Under the pieces are notes generated by a model, which searched no databases, had not been told where the DNA came from, and worked only from the letters and a program-made list of their open reading frames with translations. DNA of 62,811 bases, filler included, from Vannella sp. (Eukaryota): NCBI GenBank assembly GCA_023345925.1. It is 5 parts of 5 records of this genome, joined end to end, with 100 filler letters (N's around TTAATTAATTAA, not from the genome) between each part and the next. Parts side by side here need not be neighbours in the genome. Positions count along the whole stretch, not along the records: positions 1 to 26,508 come from JAJQQN010000225.1; 4 more parts are not named here. The stretch is one strand, 5' to 3'. Shown here piece after piece: positions 11,251 to 26,608 of the stretch (within the stretch, counting starts at the first letter, position 1; each line of letters starts with the position of its first letter). The position numbers and the translations under genes were made by a program.

Positions 11251-12477
11251 TCAGGACTTCTCGTCTCTCCGGGAGCAACAGGACTTCTACGCAGACAGAG
11301 TGTGAGCAACGATCACACAATCAAGCTTCAACTCACACGCAGGCTCTTCTCAACGGAACTGGCGATCTGGCGACACGCGAGATGGTGTCTACGGCAACAG
11401 CTCGGACATTCCCACTCCTTTTCGTCCTCGCCCATCACGTCGAAGCACAACGAACTACACAAAACAGTTACCTAACAGACCACAAACCACATCAAGTGTC
11501 TCACCATCGACCAAGCATCGACTCCCTGGAATCCCGGGAGAGAGAATGCAGATACTCCAATTCACAAGTGAGGAGCGCCCTTTGGAAGAGGATCGGATTG
11601 TCGTTGGGCACGCAAAGGATCTTCACGAGGATGAACAGAATGTGAACACAGTTGAGGCCTTTGGAACTGGCAGGGCAATTGCAAGAAGGCAGTTGGCTGA
11701 TGAGAACGTTATACACTTTTTCTGTGCAGTCCCACACCAGGTATTTGCTTCCGCTGGGAGGGCGCTCATCTTCTTCTGTTCCAATGAGAAGGAATCTCTC
11801 TCTACTTGTGCTTTCCAGACGCTCTTGGAGTGCCTGGTGGAGGTGGGGAGGAGTGAGAGTGTTGCAAGGGGGAGTGCGCTTTGTACTGACCTTACTGGGG
11901 GCGCTGCGATAGCGGGAGAGACGTTTTTCTTCGTTGAAGGAGATCTTTCGTTTCTTGTGAGCTGGCTGGTCCTCCAGCAAGAAGTCCTTCGATAATAAGG
12001 GATCCCGTTCTCCCTCTTCCTCCTCTTCCTCCAAGGACTCCTCCTCAGAACTAGCTGCTTGGCGCGTAGAGGGACGTCTCTTCGGCGAGCCATCCATGGG
12101 GGATGTTTGGTAGCTTCCCGTTGCCTCTAGGAGAGCGTTCATCTTGCTGGCTGACTTGCTCGTTGTTGTAGAGGGGATTCTAGACAAGTTAGAGGCGCTA
12201 ACCATCTTCCTTTTACCTACGGGAAAAGAGGATGAGGCAAAGGGGAGCGCCCCGCCCAACGGTGGTTGTAAAAAGAGACAACTTCGTTCAAGAAGAGACA
12301 GTGCAGCTTCTCTACGTCAATGATGGCCTCTTTAGAAGAGGAAAGGAGCTCTCTCCTTTCATACTCTCCCAACCAAGTCTTCCACAACCGCTCCAGGTTA
12401 GCGAGGAAGTGAGTTCGTTCTCCCAAAGGCAAACGTTCTAAGAACTCCAAAGAGAAGGGGAAAAGGCCCAGCGGCAT
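11251..12477 (-). CDS. SWIM zinc finger + RING/PHD-like protein (ZSWIM2/MEKK1-SWIM-like), spliced
   Basis: YNVLISQLPSCNCP..KGLNCVHILFILVKIL...FQRALL is a SWIM motif; next exon CSLCFD...ECPSC..HHLAC; AATAAA directly after the predicted stop. Confidence 0.75.
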
Positions 12478-12741
12478 CGCCTCACGCCGAACCACGGGTC
12501 CTCTCTCCATCAGAAAGTAAACCAACAAAGAGTTGCAGAGCTACGCAGGGACACGGCATCGCGATGACAGACAGGTGTCACCCGCCATCATTATTATGGC
12601 TTTATCTGGATTTCCTTGTCATTATGGGTTATTCGACTTTTCTATCCATTCAGCCGAGATGTCTATGCCTCGCAAACTATATTATATAATAATGTGATAC
12701 GCTATCTCTTGGTCCGGAAGATCATTTCGGGAGCTCTCTCG

Positions 12742-17380
<4,639 letters not shown>

Positions 17381-17411
17381 TATAATGAGAGCTTTCATTT
17401 GTGATACCAAG

Positions 17412-19104
17412 TTAGAAGCCCCGTGGATCTCCTTGAGGGAAGAAGAAGATGGATCCATCTCCTCGTAAGTGCTCGACGGGAGGGAGTTGATACACTGGAC
17501 TAGCAAGTGAATGTTGCTGTTGCATGGACCCCATAACTCTGGGAGTCATTGAAAGCTCCACAGGCACGTAAGATTCATAACCCCAGTGGTTCGAGGTCCT
17601 TTGTTGAGAGGGGCCAAGATCTTCCTCCATTATCTGGACAACGCTTGGCTTCTCATTGACCCCAGAAGGTATGCGATTATCGTTGTCAAAATAGAGCTGA
17701 AGGACTTCTTCAAAGAGAACCCGAAGCACTTGGAACGAACCAAAGCTATTCGCATTGCGAATGGTCAAGTCACTCAGTATTGAAGTGAGATAGACTGAGA
17801 TGATTGATGTGATTTCTGCTCTCCTTCGATTGGCAAATACAGGAGACTGAACACATTCATCTAGCAACCTCTGGAAGAGGAATAACCATTCATCAATCGT
17901 CCGCAAGCCCAAGCAGTCTTTGCAAATGTTCGCTAAAATAGGGAGAAGCGCTCTTGTATCCAATGCTAGCGTAGAGTCAACCTTTTTGAAGAGGAAAGGA
18001 ATGTCAGAGAGAGTGAAATCCAACCGCATTTGCTCGGTAAGTTGAGGAGACTGCAAAGCTTGGAGGAAAACACTGCAATGTCCAGCAATTGAACACTGGG
18101 AATGCATTTGACGTGAAAACTGATAGATATGTTCAATTCTAAGCAATTCATACCCTTCTGAAGGATCTAAATGCTCACTGAAAGCAGAAAATAAGGCAAT
18201 CGAGAACAACAGTCCCGCTTGGTGGTCAGGATATGGATCAAACACATTCGGTATTAGCACGCAGAGTACTGAGCGGAGCACTAATTCATCATAGGCTATG
18301 AGAGTGTCGACTATTGCGGGTGAACTGAGCAAACTGGCGAGGGGAGCCAATGTCTCACTAAAAGTTCTTATTGTCTGCCTGATGGCCACAAGGTCAAACT
18401 CAAGAAGCTCAGAGAAGAAGCGTTGAGATACTTCACGATAAGAGTCAGGAAACGCATCAATTGCTCTTTGAAGGAGGGGGTCTTGACTACTTGAGAGGGC
18501 ACTCTCTGGAATTTGGAGAGGTGGCAAGCAGATGACCCTTCTCTGACCATCTAAATGAGTGAAACAGAAGATTTTGCAGATGAATGGTCTTACTCGGAGG
18601 CCTGTGTCTACTCTTGAGCGCTTCTCTCCTAAAGAAACAAGTACTTCGTCTTGCTCGTGGGGTGTAGGCGAGCGCTCGAGTGCTAGAGAATGTACCAACC
18701 CACTCTCCTTCCGTAGCTGAATACCTGTATAGTGGTATCGGCTGCTCCCTCTGTTTCCCAATCGCCTTGTCTTCGTTCCTGGCCTTAGGCGATTGAAAAA
18801 GCACCCAAAGGGGCCCCCACCTTCAGATCAGGATACAGCGCTCTAATGTTCTTTCCAAAGTTGGCTGAGTTGCAAGGAGTAAGCCCTTGAGCGCTGCAAA
18901 AGGTCTCATACAAGCGGTACATTGTCCCCCTCGGCAGCGAACCGTCCGCGCACTCCTCAAAGTTATCTTCCAACCTCCTCCCGTCATCAGTACTGACTAA
19001 CCAACCACCATACCACCACACACTCACCATTGCACCACCAAATAACCTTCCTCTCCCTCATACCCAAATAACGGCAAATCCCGCCCGCCGTCCTCCTGCT
19101 CCAT
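17412..19104 (-). CDS. RFX: RFX winged-helix transcription factor with C-terminal dimerization domain, 3 exons
   Basis: Spliced DNA-binding domain QWLEDNFE...SLPRGTMYRLYETFC....[35 protein letters not shown]; dimerization motif LSDLTIRNANSFGSFQVLRVLFEE. Confidence 0.92.
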
Positions 19105-19260
19105 CCAAATAATAAATGAAACAAATCACCCATCATCTCCATCATAATTGGACCAAAAAAATCGTTCCCAAAAGTGCCTCCCTTTTTTGGCGGTTCTGAG
19201 AATTTATGAAAGGGAAATGTGCCTCGTTTTGGCATTGTTCGGTGTGGCTTGCCCGTTGCC

Positions 19261-21663
19261 ATGCCAAAGCAGGGCGCTCTTCGTGCGGGGGTCTTGGGTG
19301 CCACTTCATCGCCTAAAAGCAGGTTCTCTTTGCAGAAGCTGCGGCAGACGGTGTCCCGCGCGACTGTAGCAACGGCGGATCTGTCGGGGCGGGGTTTGGA
19401 CGGGGAGATGGGGGAGAGCGATGCTGAGAGGATACAAGAGAAGAAGACGCGGCTGATACTAACAGATAACACAATCACTGGGTTGTCGCCGTCTTATCTA
19501 TCCCACCAGACCCTCAGGATCATCCGGATCCTCAAGCTGGGGAACAACAAGCTATCCTCCTTGCCTCCCTGCTTCTCAGAGCTCGAGAACCTCCGAGAAC
19601 TTTGTCTCTCCCAGAACTACTTTGAAGAGTTCCCTCCAGCTCTCTTGGAAATGCCCCATCTGCGAGTCCTCGAACTGAGAAGCAACTTCCTTCGGACCAT
19701 CCCCGAGCAGGTGATAGAGATGAGAGCCCTAATGACGCTCAAGCTCAACGACAACCGTATCACTCATCTTCCTCATTGTATTGGGAAGTGCCCGTCTCTC
19801 AGCAAGCTCGTAATGGGGGATAACCCTCTTGTGAGCCCTCCTTTGTACATGTGAGAAGCCCTCTACCGTCAGGACGGCAGCTCCTGATACTCTTGTTGTA
19901 GTGCAGACCTTAGTCTCGACGCCATCCGCAAGTACATGGTGGTCATGGAAGAGGAGTCCTCGAAAGAGGGCACTAAGTTCGATTACCGTTACGCTGCTGC
20001 CTTCACCACCGCTGCAACAGAGAACGCAACCACCACAACGATAACCCCTTACTTTGGTGGGAGGATCTACACCCCTCAAGTGAGCAAGCCGAGGGGAGGG
20101 AATGGCGGTTAGAGAAACTGACTTTTGGCATGAAAGGACACTCGCCAGTGGAAGGACCAGTATCAAGAGAACTTCTGCTTTACCATCCAGATAGGCATGA
20201 CGCTTAACTGTGGGAGGAGGAACTACATGGAAGACCGTGCAGAGGCAAAAGCCTTCGAACCCTTCCCAGAAGCCCTTCCTGGCTTCAAGGCAGCCTTCAT
20301 CGGAGTGTATGACGGTCACGGAGGATCTATGACAGTAGATTACGTGCTCGAGAACCTCCGCCGTACAGTTATAACCGAATGGCGAAGAGCATTCTTCCTC
20401 AATTTGGGGATTGAAATCTCTCAACCGGGCAAAGCCAAGGCACAGATGGATCCCATACCTTTAGGAGAGGAGAGGGACCAAGCAGAGATTCTCAGCATCC
20501 TGGTCCTCCCAGCGGCCATCGTGAAAGCTTTTGAAAAGGTGGAACAGGACATTGAAGACCGTTGGAGAAAGACAGGCAAAGATGACGGTACTACGGCATC
20601 CATTATCATATTGGCACATAATAGGCTGTTCTCAGCGCACGTGGGAGACTCAAGAACAGTGTTAGCTCGAGGAAACCTGGATGTGGAGGTTTCCAAAGAC
20701 CACAAACCCAACTTTCCAGCTGAGAAAGAACGAATTGAAGCAGGTGGGGGGACTGTTAAGAAGATTGGAAGTACTTGGCGTGTAAATGGCAACCTGGCTG
20801 TCGCTCGGTCCTTCGGGGATTGTTCCTACAAGGTAACTCCAGTGCGTGGATACTTCCCATCTTTCTAACCAAGCCTTGAAAGCCACAACTTGTTTGTGCA
20901 GAACCAGAAGTAGCTTCTTTCACACTAAGTCCTTCTGATACGTATCTTGTCTTGGCTTCGGATGGTCTTTGGGATGTGATGAACAACGAAGAAGCCGTTC
21001 TCGTACGTCCTCTCCCAGCAAAAGAGGCCCCTCCTTATGTAACCGCTTCTTTAGGTGGCCACTCAAACTGTCCGAGCGCGGGATGGCAGCGAAGAACTTG
21101 TCCGATTGGCTTTAGATTATCTTTCCCATGACAATGTGACCGTTATTGTCGTAGCGTTGCGTTGGGATATTGAGAAGAACTACACGTTGGACTACCTTAA
21201 TGATATGGACTCTCGCATTCCAGTGATTCCCGATATGCTTCAAGTGAGTGAGACTGCTGACACAAATAGTTCCCTTTTGAAGACCAAACGACAAGACTCT
21301 CGTAAGAGTGTCGCCTATTTGACTCAAGAGAGCTGTTCTTCTTTCATCGATGAGGAAGCCAGTTCTGATCCTTCCCCATTGGATGCGTTGGCTCCTCCCC
21401 CATTGGACGAGCCAGATCCTCTGCAGAACTTAATCACCCTTCGTGGGGATCCCCAAGAAGCTGAAAGGAAGTCATGGAAGACCACACGCCCTCACTCACG
21501 CTCTCATTCCTTCATCCTCAACGAAAAGGCACCGGACGCCTCCCTCCCCGAAGTCTCAAGCGACGCCGAGTCCGAACTTTGCCCTTCCACAGAGTCCCTG
21601 GAGACCAAGTTGCATCGAAAGTCATCCCTGGTGAACGCAACCTCACAGCGAGCTCCCAAGTGA
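19261..21663 (+). CDS. Leucine-rich-repeat + PP2C phosphatase, multi-exon
   Basis: LRRs (LKLGNNKLSSLP, LCLSQNYFEEFP, LELRSNFLRTIP, LKLNDNRITHLP); PP2C GRRNYMEDR, VYDGHGG, AHVGDSR, DHKP, NLAVARSFGD, LASDGLWD, SHDNVT. Confidence 0.9.
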
Positions 21664-21719
21664 GCAGATAAACAGTCGAAAGGGAGACATTTCCTTCATT
21701 TCCTGGTCGCCCGGTCCGG

Positions 21720-22561
21720 ATGGCTTTGCGATTGGACTTGAGCACTCGTGTGGACTCTCATAGGGCCCTTGTGAATGACTTGGGAAGCAGTATGGATGCG
21801 GTTGTGGACATTGCAGAGCACATGGAGCAGTTTGGCATGGGCGAGAGGGTCGAGGAACAGAGAAGCCTTTTGATCGGCTATGTGACACAGCAGCAGGACT
21901 TGCTCGACCGGATAGAGATCCTAGAGCAGATCATGCGTTCACACCATGCTAACCCTCAAGTAGGCAGTCTACTGAGTGAGTGTGAGCTGACTTTGGCTGC
22001 AGGAGAAGACCTTGAACGACATCTTGCAAGAAGCGACGAAGGATACTCACTCCCGTCGCCAGAAAGACTTTCACAAGTCGCACCCAAAGTTCAAGGAGTT
22101 AGAGCGCCGTATTCAGGTGAGAGCAGACCCTCCCACGGACCACTGAGTCGCTGACTTCGGCCAGGCGGTGAAGAATCCGGGTGAATTGATGGGCGATGAG
22201 GAGGAGGAAGGCCTGATGATGGTCTCTCAGCAAGTCATTGTCAAATGCCCCCTCACAAAGTCTTTCTTCGAGCATCCCGTCAAAAGGTAAGCGAAACGAC
22301 GCGAAAGGGACCAAACAAGTTCCTCTCCTCATTCCGAGCAGCTCAGACTGTGGACATACGTTCGAGAAAGAAGCCATTGAAAAGTACATCAAAGACATGT
22401 CCAAATCCCACCGCAAAGTGGGCTGTCCCATCCCCGGATGTGGAAGAGACATCAACGCGTCCCGTTTAGCGCCCAATCGCGACATGGAACGAGCCGTTCG
22501 CGAAGCCACAAGAGAGGAAGCTTCCCAGCGAGCCCAAGATGAAGACGTCGTCCGCCTGTAG
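21720..22561 (+). CDS. NSE2: NSE2/Mms21 SP-RING SUMO E3 ligase (SMC5/6 subunit), 3 exons
   Basis: Helical N-terminus, then spliced KCPLTKSFFEHPVK..DCGHTFEKEAI...CPIPGC. Confidence 0.82.
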
Positions 22562-22664
22562 GCCGAAAAAGCGGTTTTGGGAAATATCGATTCAAAACTC
22601 TCTTTTAGCCAATCCTCTCATTTGAATGAAAGGGGGAACGACAGGGGAAGTGCTTGGCAGTCAC

Positions 22665-24184
22665 TTATACCAAAGTGACATCGTGGGAACCGCTTTCAGC
22701 GATTCCGGCACCGGTGATGCGAATGAATTCGGCGTTCTCTTGCATCTCTTGGATAGTGTGTGCACCGCAGTAGCTCATTCCGCTGCATAATCCTCCGACC
22801 AGTTGCTTGATGATGCCAGAGAGGGCTCCACGATAAGGTACTACGGCCTCCACGCCTTCAGGAACCATGTCGAAGATGTCGTCCTTGCCCGTTGTTCGAG
22901 TGTTCTTGCTCATGTTGGCTCCATACCCGGCCATTCCGCGGACTACCTTGACCTTCTTGCCGCCCTTGACCAATGTCTTGCCAGGAGACTCGTCAGTGCC
23001 AGCCAACATGCTTCCTAACATCACAGTGGATGCACCACCAGCAATCGCCTTGGCAATGTCGCCACTGGTTCGGATTCCACCGTCGGCCATCACTGGAACA
23101 CCGTACTTGGAGGCCTCTTCCGCGCACTCCACCACAGCTGTGAACTGGGGAACGCCACAGCCAGCAACCAGACGGGTAGTGCAGATAGAGCCTGGTCCGA
23201 CGCCAACCTTGATGCCATCCGCGCCTGCTTCGATCAGGGCACGGGCTCCTTCAGCAGTAGCAACGTTACCAGCGATCACCTGGACGTCAGGAAGACGTCT
23301 CTTCAGCTCTGCAGTAGCCTTGACAGCCAAATCGCTGTGTCCGTGGGCGATGTCGATCACGATCACATCAGCTCCAGCCTTTACGAGCTCAATAGCACGC
23401 TCAATGTCTCCTTCCTTCACTCCAATAGCAGCGCCAACAAGGAGTTGGCCCTTTGCGTCGAGAGAGGCATGAGGACGCTGTGTGGCGTTGATGATATCAC
23501 GACTCGTGATCAAACCAGCCAGCTTGAAGCCCTCTTGGCTATCCACTAGTGGGAGCTGCTCCAAACGGTGCTTCTTGATCAGTTGCTTGGCCTCCTCTAC
23601 TGAGATACCCAACTTGCCGGTAATCAAAGCGGGGCGTTCGGTCATGTAAGCCTTAATGGGCTCTTCCTCAGAGTCTACAAAGCGAATGTCTCGTGTAGTG
23701 ATGATGCCAAGCAAGATGTTCTCCAAATCCGTCACGAGGATGCTTCCAACGCCCTTCTCGTGCATCAGATCGCGCAATTCCCCGATGGTGTTGTCGGGGC
23801 GAAGGGTGTAGGGGTGTTCAATGACGTGGCTCTCAGCTCTCTTGACAGCACGGACCATGTCTGTTTGTTCCTCAACGGAAAGGAAGCGGTGAATCATGCC
23901 AATACCGCCGTTACGGGCCATAACGATCGCAGTTTCGGACTCGGTGACCGTGTCCATGTTGGAGGAGACGATCGGGTTGTTCAACCAGATGTTACGTGTG
24001 AGTCTCGTCTTCATGGAGACGTTCCTACGAGAAACAACAGGGGACGCCTGCACAACAGCGAAAAGATGAGTTCCCCTTCAAAGAAAAGCAAAGGAATGAT
24101 CAATCCCACCTTCGGCACAAGTAGCACGTCTCCATACGTGATCCCCACGTTCGGTCGGATGTTCACTTTCAGGCCTGTAGTCAT
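22665..24184 (-). CDS. IMPDH/GMPR-family oxidoreductase with CBS pair, most likely GMP reductase, 2 exons
   Basis: [39 protein letters not shown] (catalytic Cys), ADGGI. The flap [11 protein letters not shown]...VPEGVE lacks the IMPDH Arg-Tyr dyad. Confidence 0.85.
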
Positions 24185-25222
24185 CCGACAAGAGCGGAAG
24201 GGAAAAAAAAGGATTCCCAGAATCAAGTTCGTGTTAGCCAAATTTCGGGACGATCCTGATTGGCTCACGCCAAGAGGTGAAATGAAAGGTGAAATGAATC
24301 ACTCATGCATTCGCCTTTCATTTCACCTCTTTCCTGTCTTGGATCATTTTCTGATTCTCAAGCAGCGGGACGGGAGGCCCGTGACCTGAAGCTGCCACTG
24401 CTGAAAGCTTTCCTAGAAACTCATCCTGATCAGTTGATTCAGGTAAGAAGCATCAACATCAGACAGGACCAAGACGGTCCCAAAAGGGAGCTGTTGGATT
24501 CGCATTCGTGCGGTGTAGCCAATAAGTGGATCCTCCCCCTTGAATGAAGGAGAGAATTTGTGAGTAACAAGCGCTGGTCTACCAATCTCCAGGCAGTAAG
24601 TCGGTTGAGAAAGGCTGACCCCTCACTCACCGCATTTATGCAGAGCAATGTGAGCCAACCCAAAACTCAAAAAATGAAATCAGGCCAAAAGCTCATCCTG
24701 AAGAGATGGAGGTCATCAGGATACTCGAATCAAATACGAGTTTTGGAACCCTCTTCCCCTTCGCTCGTGGATTTTCTCTCTCTCGATCTTTTGAAATCAA
24801 GACGGCGTCGCTGAGCAGTTTTGACATGACCCAACGCTTAGAAATAGTTAGAATGATAGATCCACTCGCAGAGAGAAGCGATCGGAGCCCTGCCGAAGTT
24901 GGACCTATTCACCCTATTTTGGAAAGTCAAGGATGAAATGCCAATTTCTCCTTCGGTACGTACCTACCTTTTGTCCTATTGATCATATAGAATCCTCAAA
25001 CAAAAGAGAAAGGTCTCGTCCAGTCATTCGTGTAATTTGTTCTAACGTGCTTCTACTAAGAGACCAACCAGTTTCAAAAACAGGTGGACCAATGGACCCA
25101 TGGTCACTCTAGCGGACGTGATTCACTGGAGCCGTGAACTCTCTCGCAGTAGCCAGTCCCAACAAAAATGCTCCCAACCCTCCGAGATAGAACAAGTCAA
25201 ACATCTGAAAGTCCATCTGTTC

Positions 25223-26455
25223 TTACTCCAACAAATTATTGGTCCGGCGAGCTTCTAAGACAACGACAGAAAGTCGGGCGCTCCGGGTCAAATTCATTGC
25301 AGCCGGCTGGCGGAATGCCCACTGCAAGGGAGTAAAATTGCCATAACGGAGAAAATAGGGGGCACGCCCTCTCTCGATCTCCCTGGCGTTCCCCTTGATC
25401 TGACCAATAAGCACTTGAGCTGAAACGTCGCGTTCGAAATCGTAATTGGGGGCGCTTGAATTGTCGTTGCGATGCGCTATCACAGTGCCGGACCAAAGAA
25501 GTGAGTCATTGGTCATGTTCAAGATCGGGGTAGTTCTTGCCAGGTGATCATTCGGAATATCAAAAATAATCACAGCTGCGCGGTTCTCTGTTGCCTTGAA
25601 GCTGGCCCAATTTAGCGCATAACGGATGCTATTGGTGAGATAAAATGCAGCTCCAAAGTCGCTGGGAGCGTGGCTCAGACTTGGCAAAGAATTCAGAATT
25701 GCCGCAGCAGCAAGCTCGGTTGTCCCATGATACAGACGGAAGTGTCCTTCGGGAACATTTTTCAATTTCTGTAGGATGGATTCCACTGGCAAATCTTCTC
25801 CATTTGGCCCAATTTCGATGCGCTTCTTGCCAGTAAGTCCTTTGCAATCAAACAAACGCACTGCAACTTCATGTCTACCGACGCCTTTGGTGATCCAATC
25901 TGCATTGAGCTTCTGGTCTCTCGAGAGAGGATATGAGATGTAAACATGCCCTCCGTAGCGGCGATCAAGAAAGCCATGTACGATGTCGAATACGGATTGA
26001 GGACAGCCCTGGTCAATTTGTTCCGCTTGATTGAAAAGTCCCTCCGTAACTCTGTTGCGTAGGAATCCAAACTGGTCCAACCAGTCGACCGCAGAGCTCG
26101 CCTTGATATCCATTGTATGCAAGTGCTCCAAGGCCCAAAAGCTCTCCGGTTGGGAACCCTTTCTCAGTGAAGTCACAATCTCCGATCGCATGGAGTAGGA
26201 AAAGAACTTAGGGGATGGAAATTGTCCCTCGAGAACCAGTTGGCAAGTGCGCGAACTCAAACTCAAGCGCTCTACCACTTCGCAAAGAACCTTGAGAGCC
26301 TCGTTGTGCGTCGACGCCTCAGTGACAAGAGCAAAGCATTCAAAGCCCTCTGCCAATCGAAGCCATTTGGCATCCAACTGATACTGAAATTGGAGTTGAT
26401 TCAATGGTGCTTCGAGAAGGCCAATCGCATCAACAGGAATTCCCAAATTGGGCAA
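25223..26455 (-). CDS. DUF3990-like ADP-ribosyltransferase-fold protein with an uncharacterised N-terminal region, intronless, possibly 5'-truncated
   Basis: LYHGT...SDFGAAFYLTNS..YA..WA, AVIIFDI, W...VIAHR, LIGQI, LQWAF. The ORF starts at TTG about 50 nt from the contig end. Confidence 0.7.
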   Translation of the reverse strand: MPNLGIPVDAIGLLEAPLNQLQFQYQLDAKWLRLAEGFECFALVTEASTHNEALKVLCEVVERLSLSSRTCQLVLEGQFPSPKFFSYSMRSEIVTSLRKGSQPESFWALEHLHTMDIKASSAVDWLDQFGFLRNRVTEGLFNQAEQIDQGCPQSVFDIVHGFLDRRYGGHVYISYPLSRDQKLNADWITKGVGRHEVAVRLFDCKGLTGKKRIEIGPNGEDLPVESILQKLKNVPEGHFRLYHGTTELAAAAILNSLPSLSHAPSDFGAAFYLTNSIRYALNWASFKATENRAAVIIFDIPNDHLARTTPILNMTNDSLLWSGTVIAHRNDNSSAPNYDFERDVSAQVLIGQIKGNAREIERGRAPYFLRYGNFTPLQWAFRQPAAMNLTRSARLSVVVLEARRTNNLLE

Positions 26456-26508
26456 GTCGAGGGCACGGGGGGTTGTGTGTGAGGTGTAAACGAATCTAAA
26501 TCCGCCCT

Positions 26509-26608
26509 NNNNNNNNNNNNNNNNNNNNNNNNNNNNNNNNNNNNNNNNNNNNTTAATTAATTAANNNNNNNNNNNNNNNNNNNNNNNNNNNNNNNNNNNN
26601 NNNNNNNN
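26509..26608. other. Artificial contig-joining linker
   Basis: 44 N + TTAATTAATTAA (stops in all frames) + 44 N. Confidence 0.99.

Noticed and set aside
22665..24184. Annotation as IMP dehydrogenase (guaB)
   Set aside because: The flap lacks the catalytic Arg-Tyr dyad; GMP reductase is favoured.
24250..25200. Possible spliced plus-strand gene (several GTAAG/GTGAG donors)
   Set aside because: I could not build a consistent frame or recognise a domain; it may be a relic.
26553..26564. TTAATTAATTAA palindrome recurring four times
   Set aside because: Part of the synthetic N-linker, not biological.
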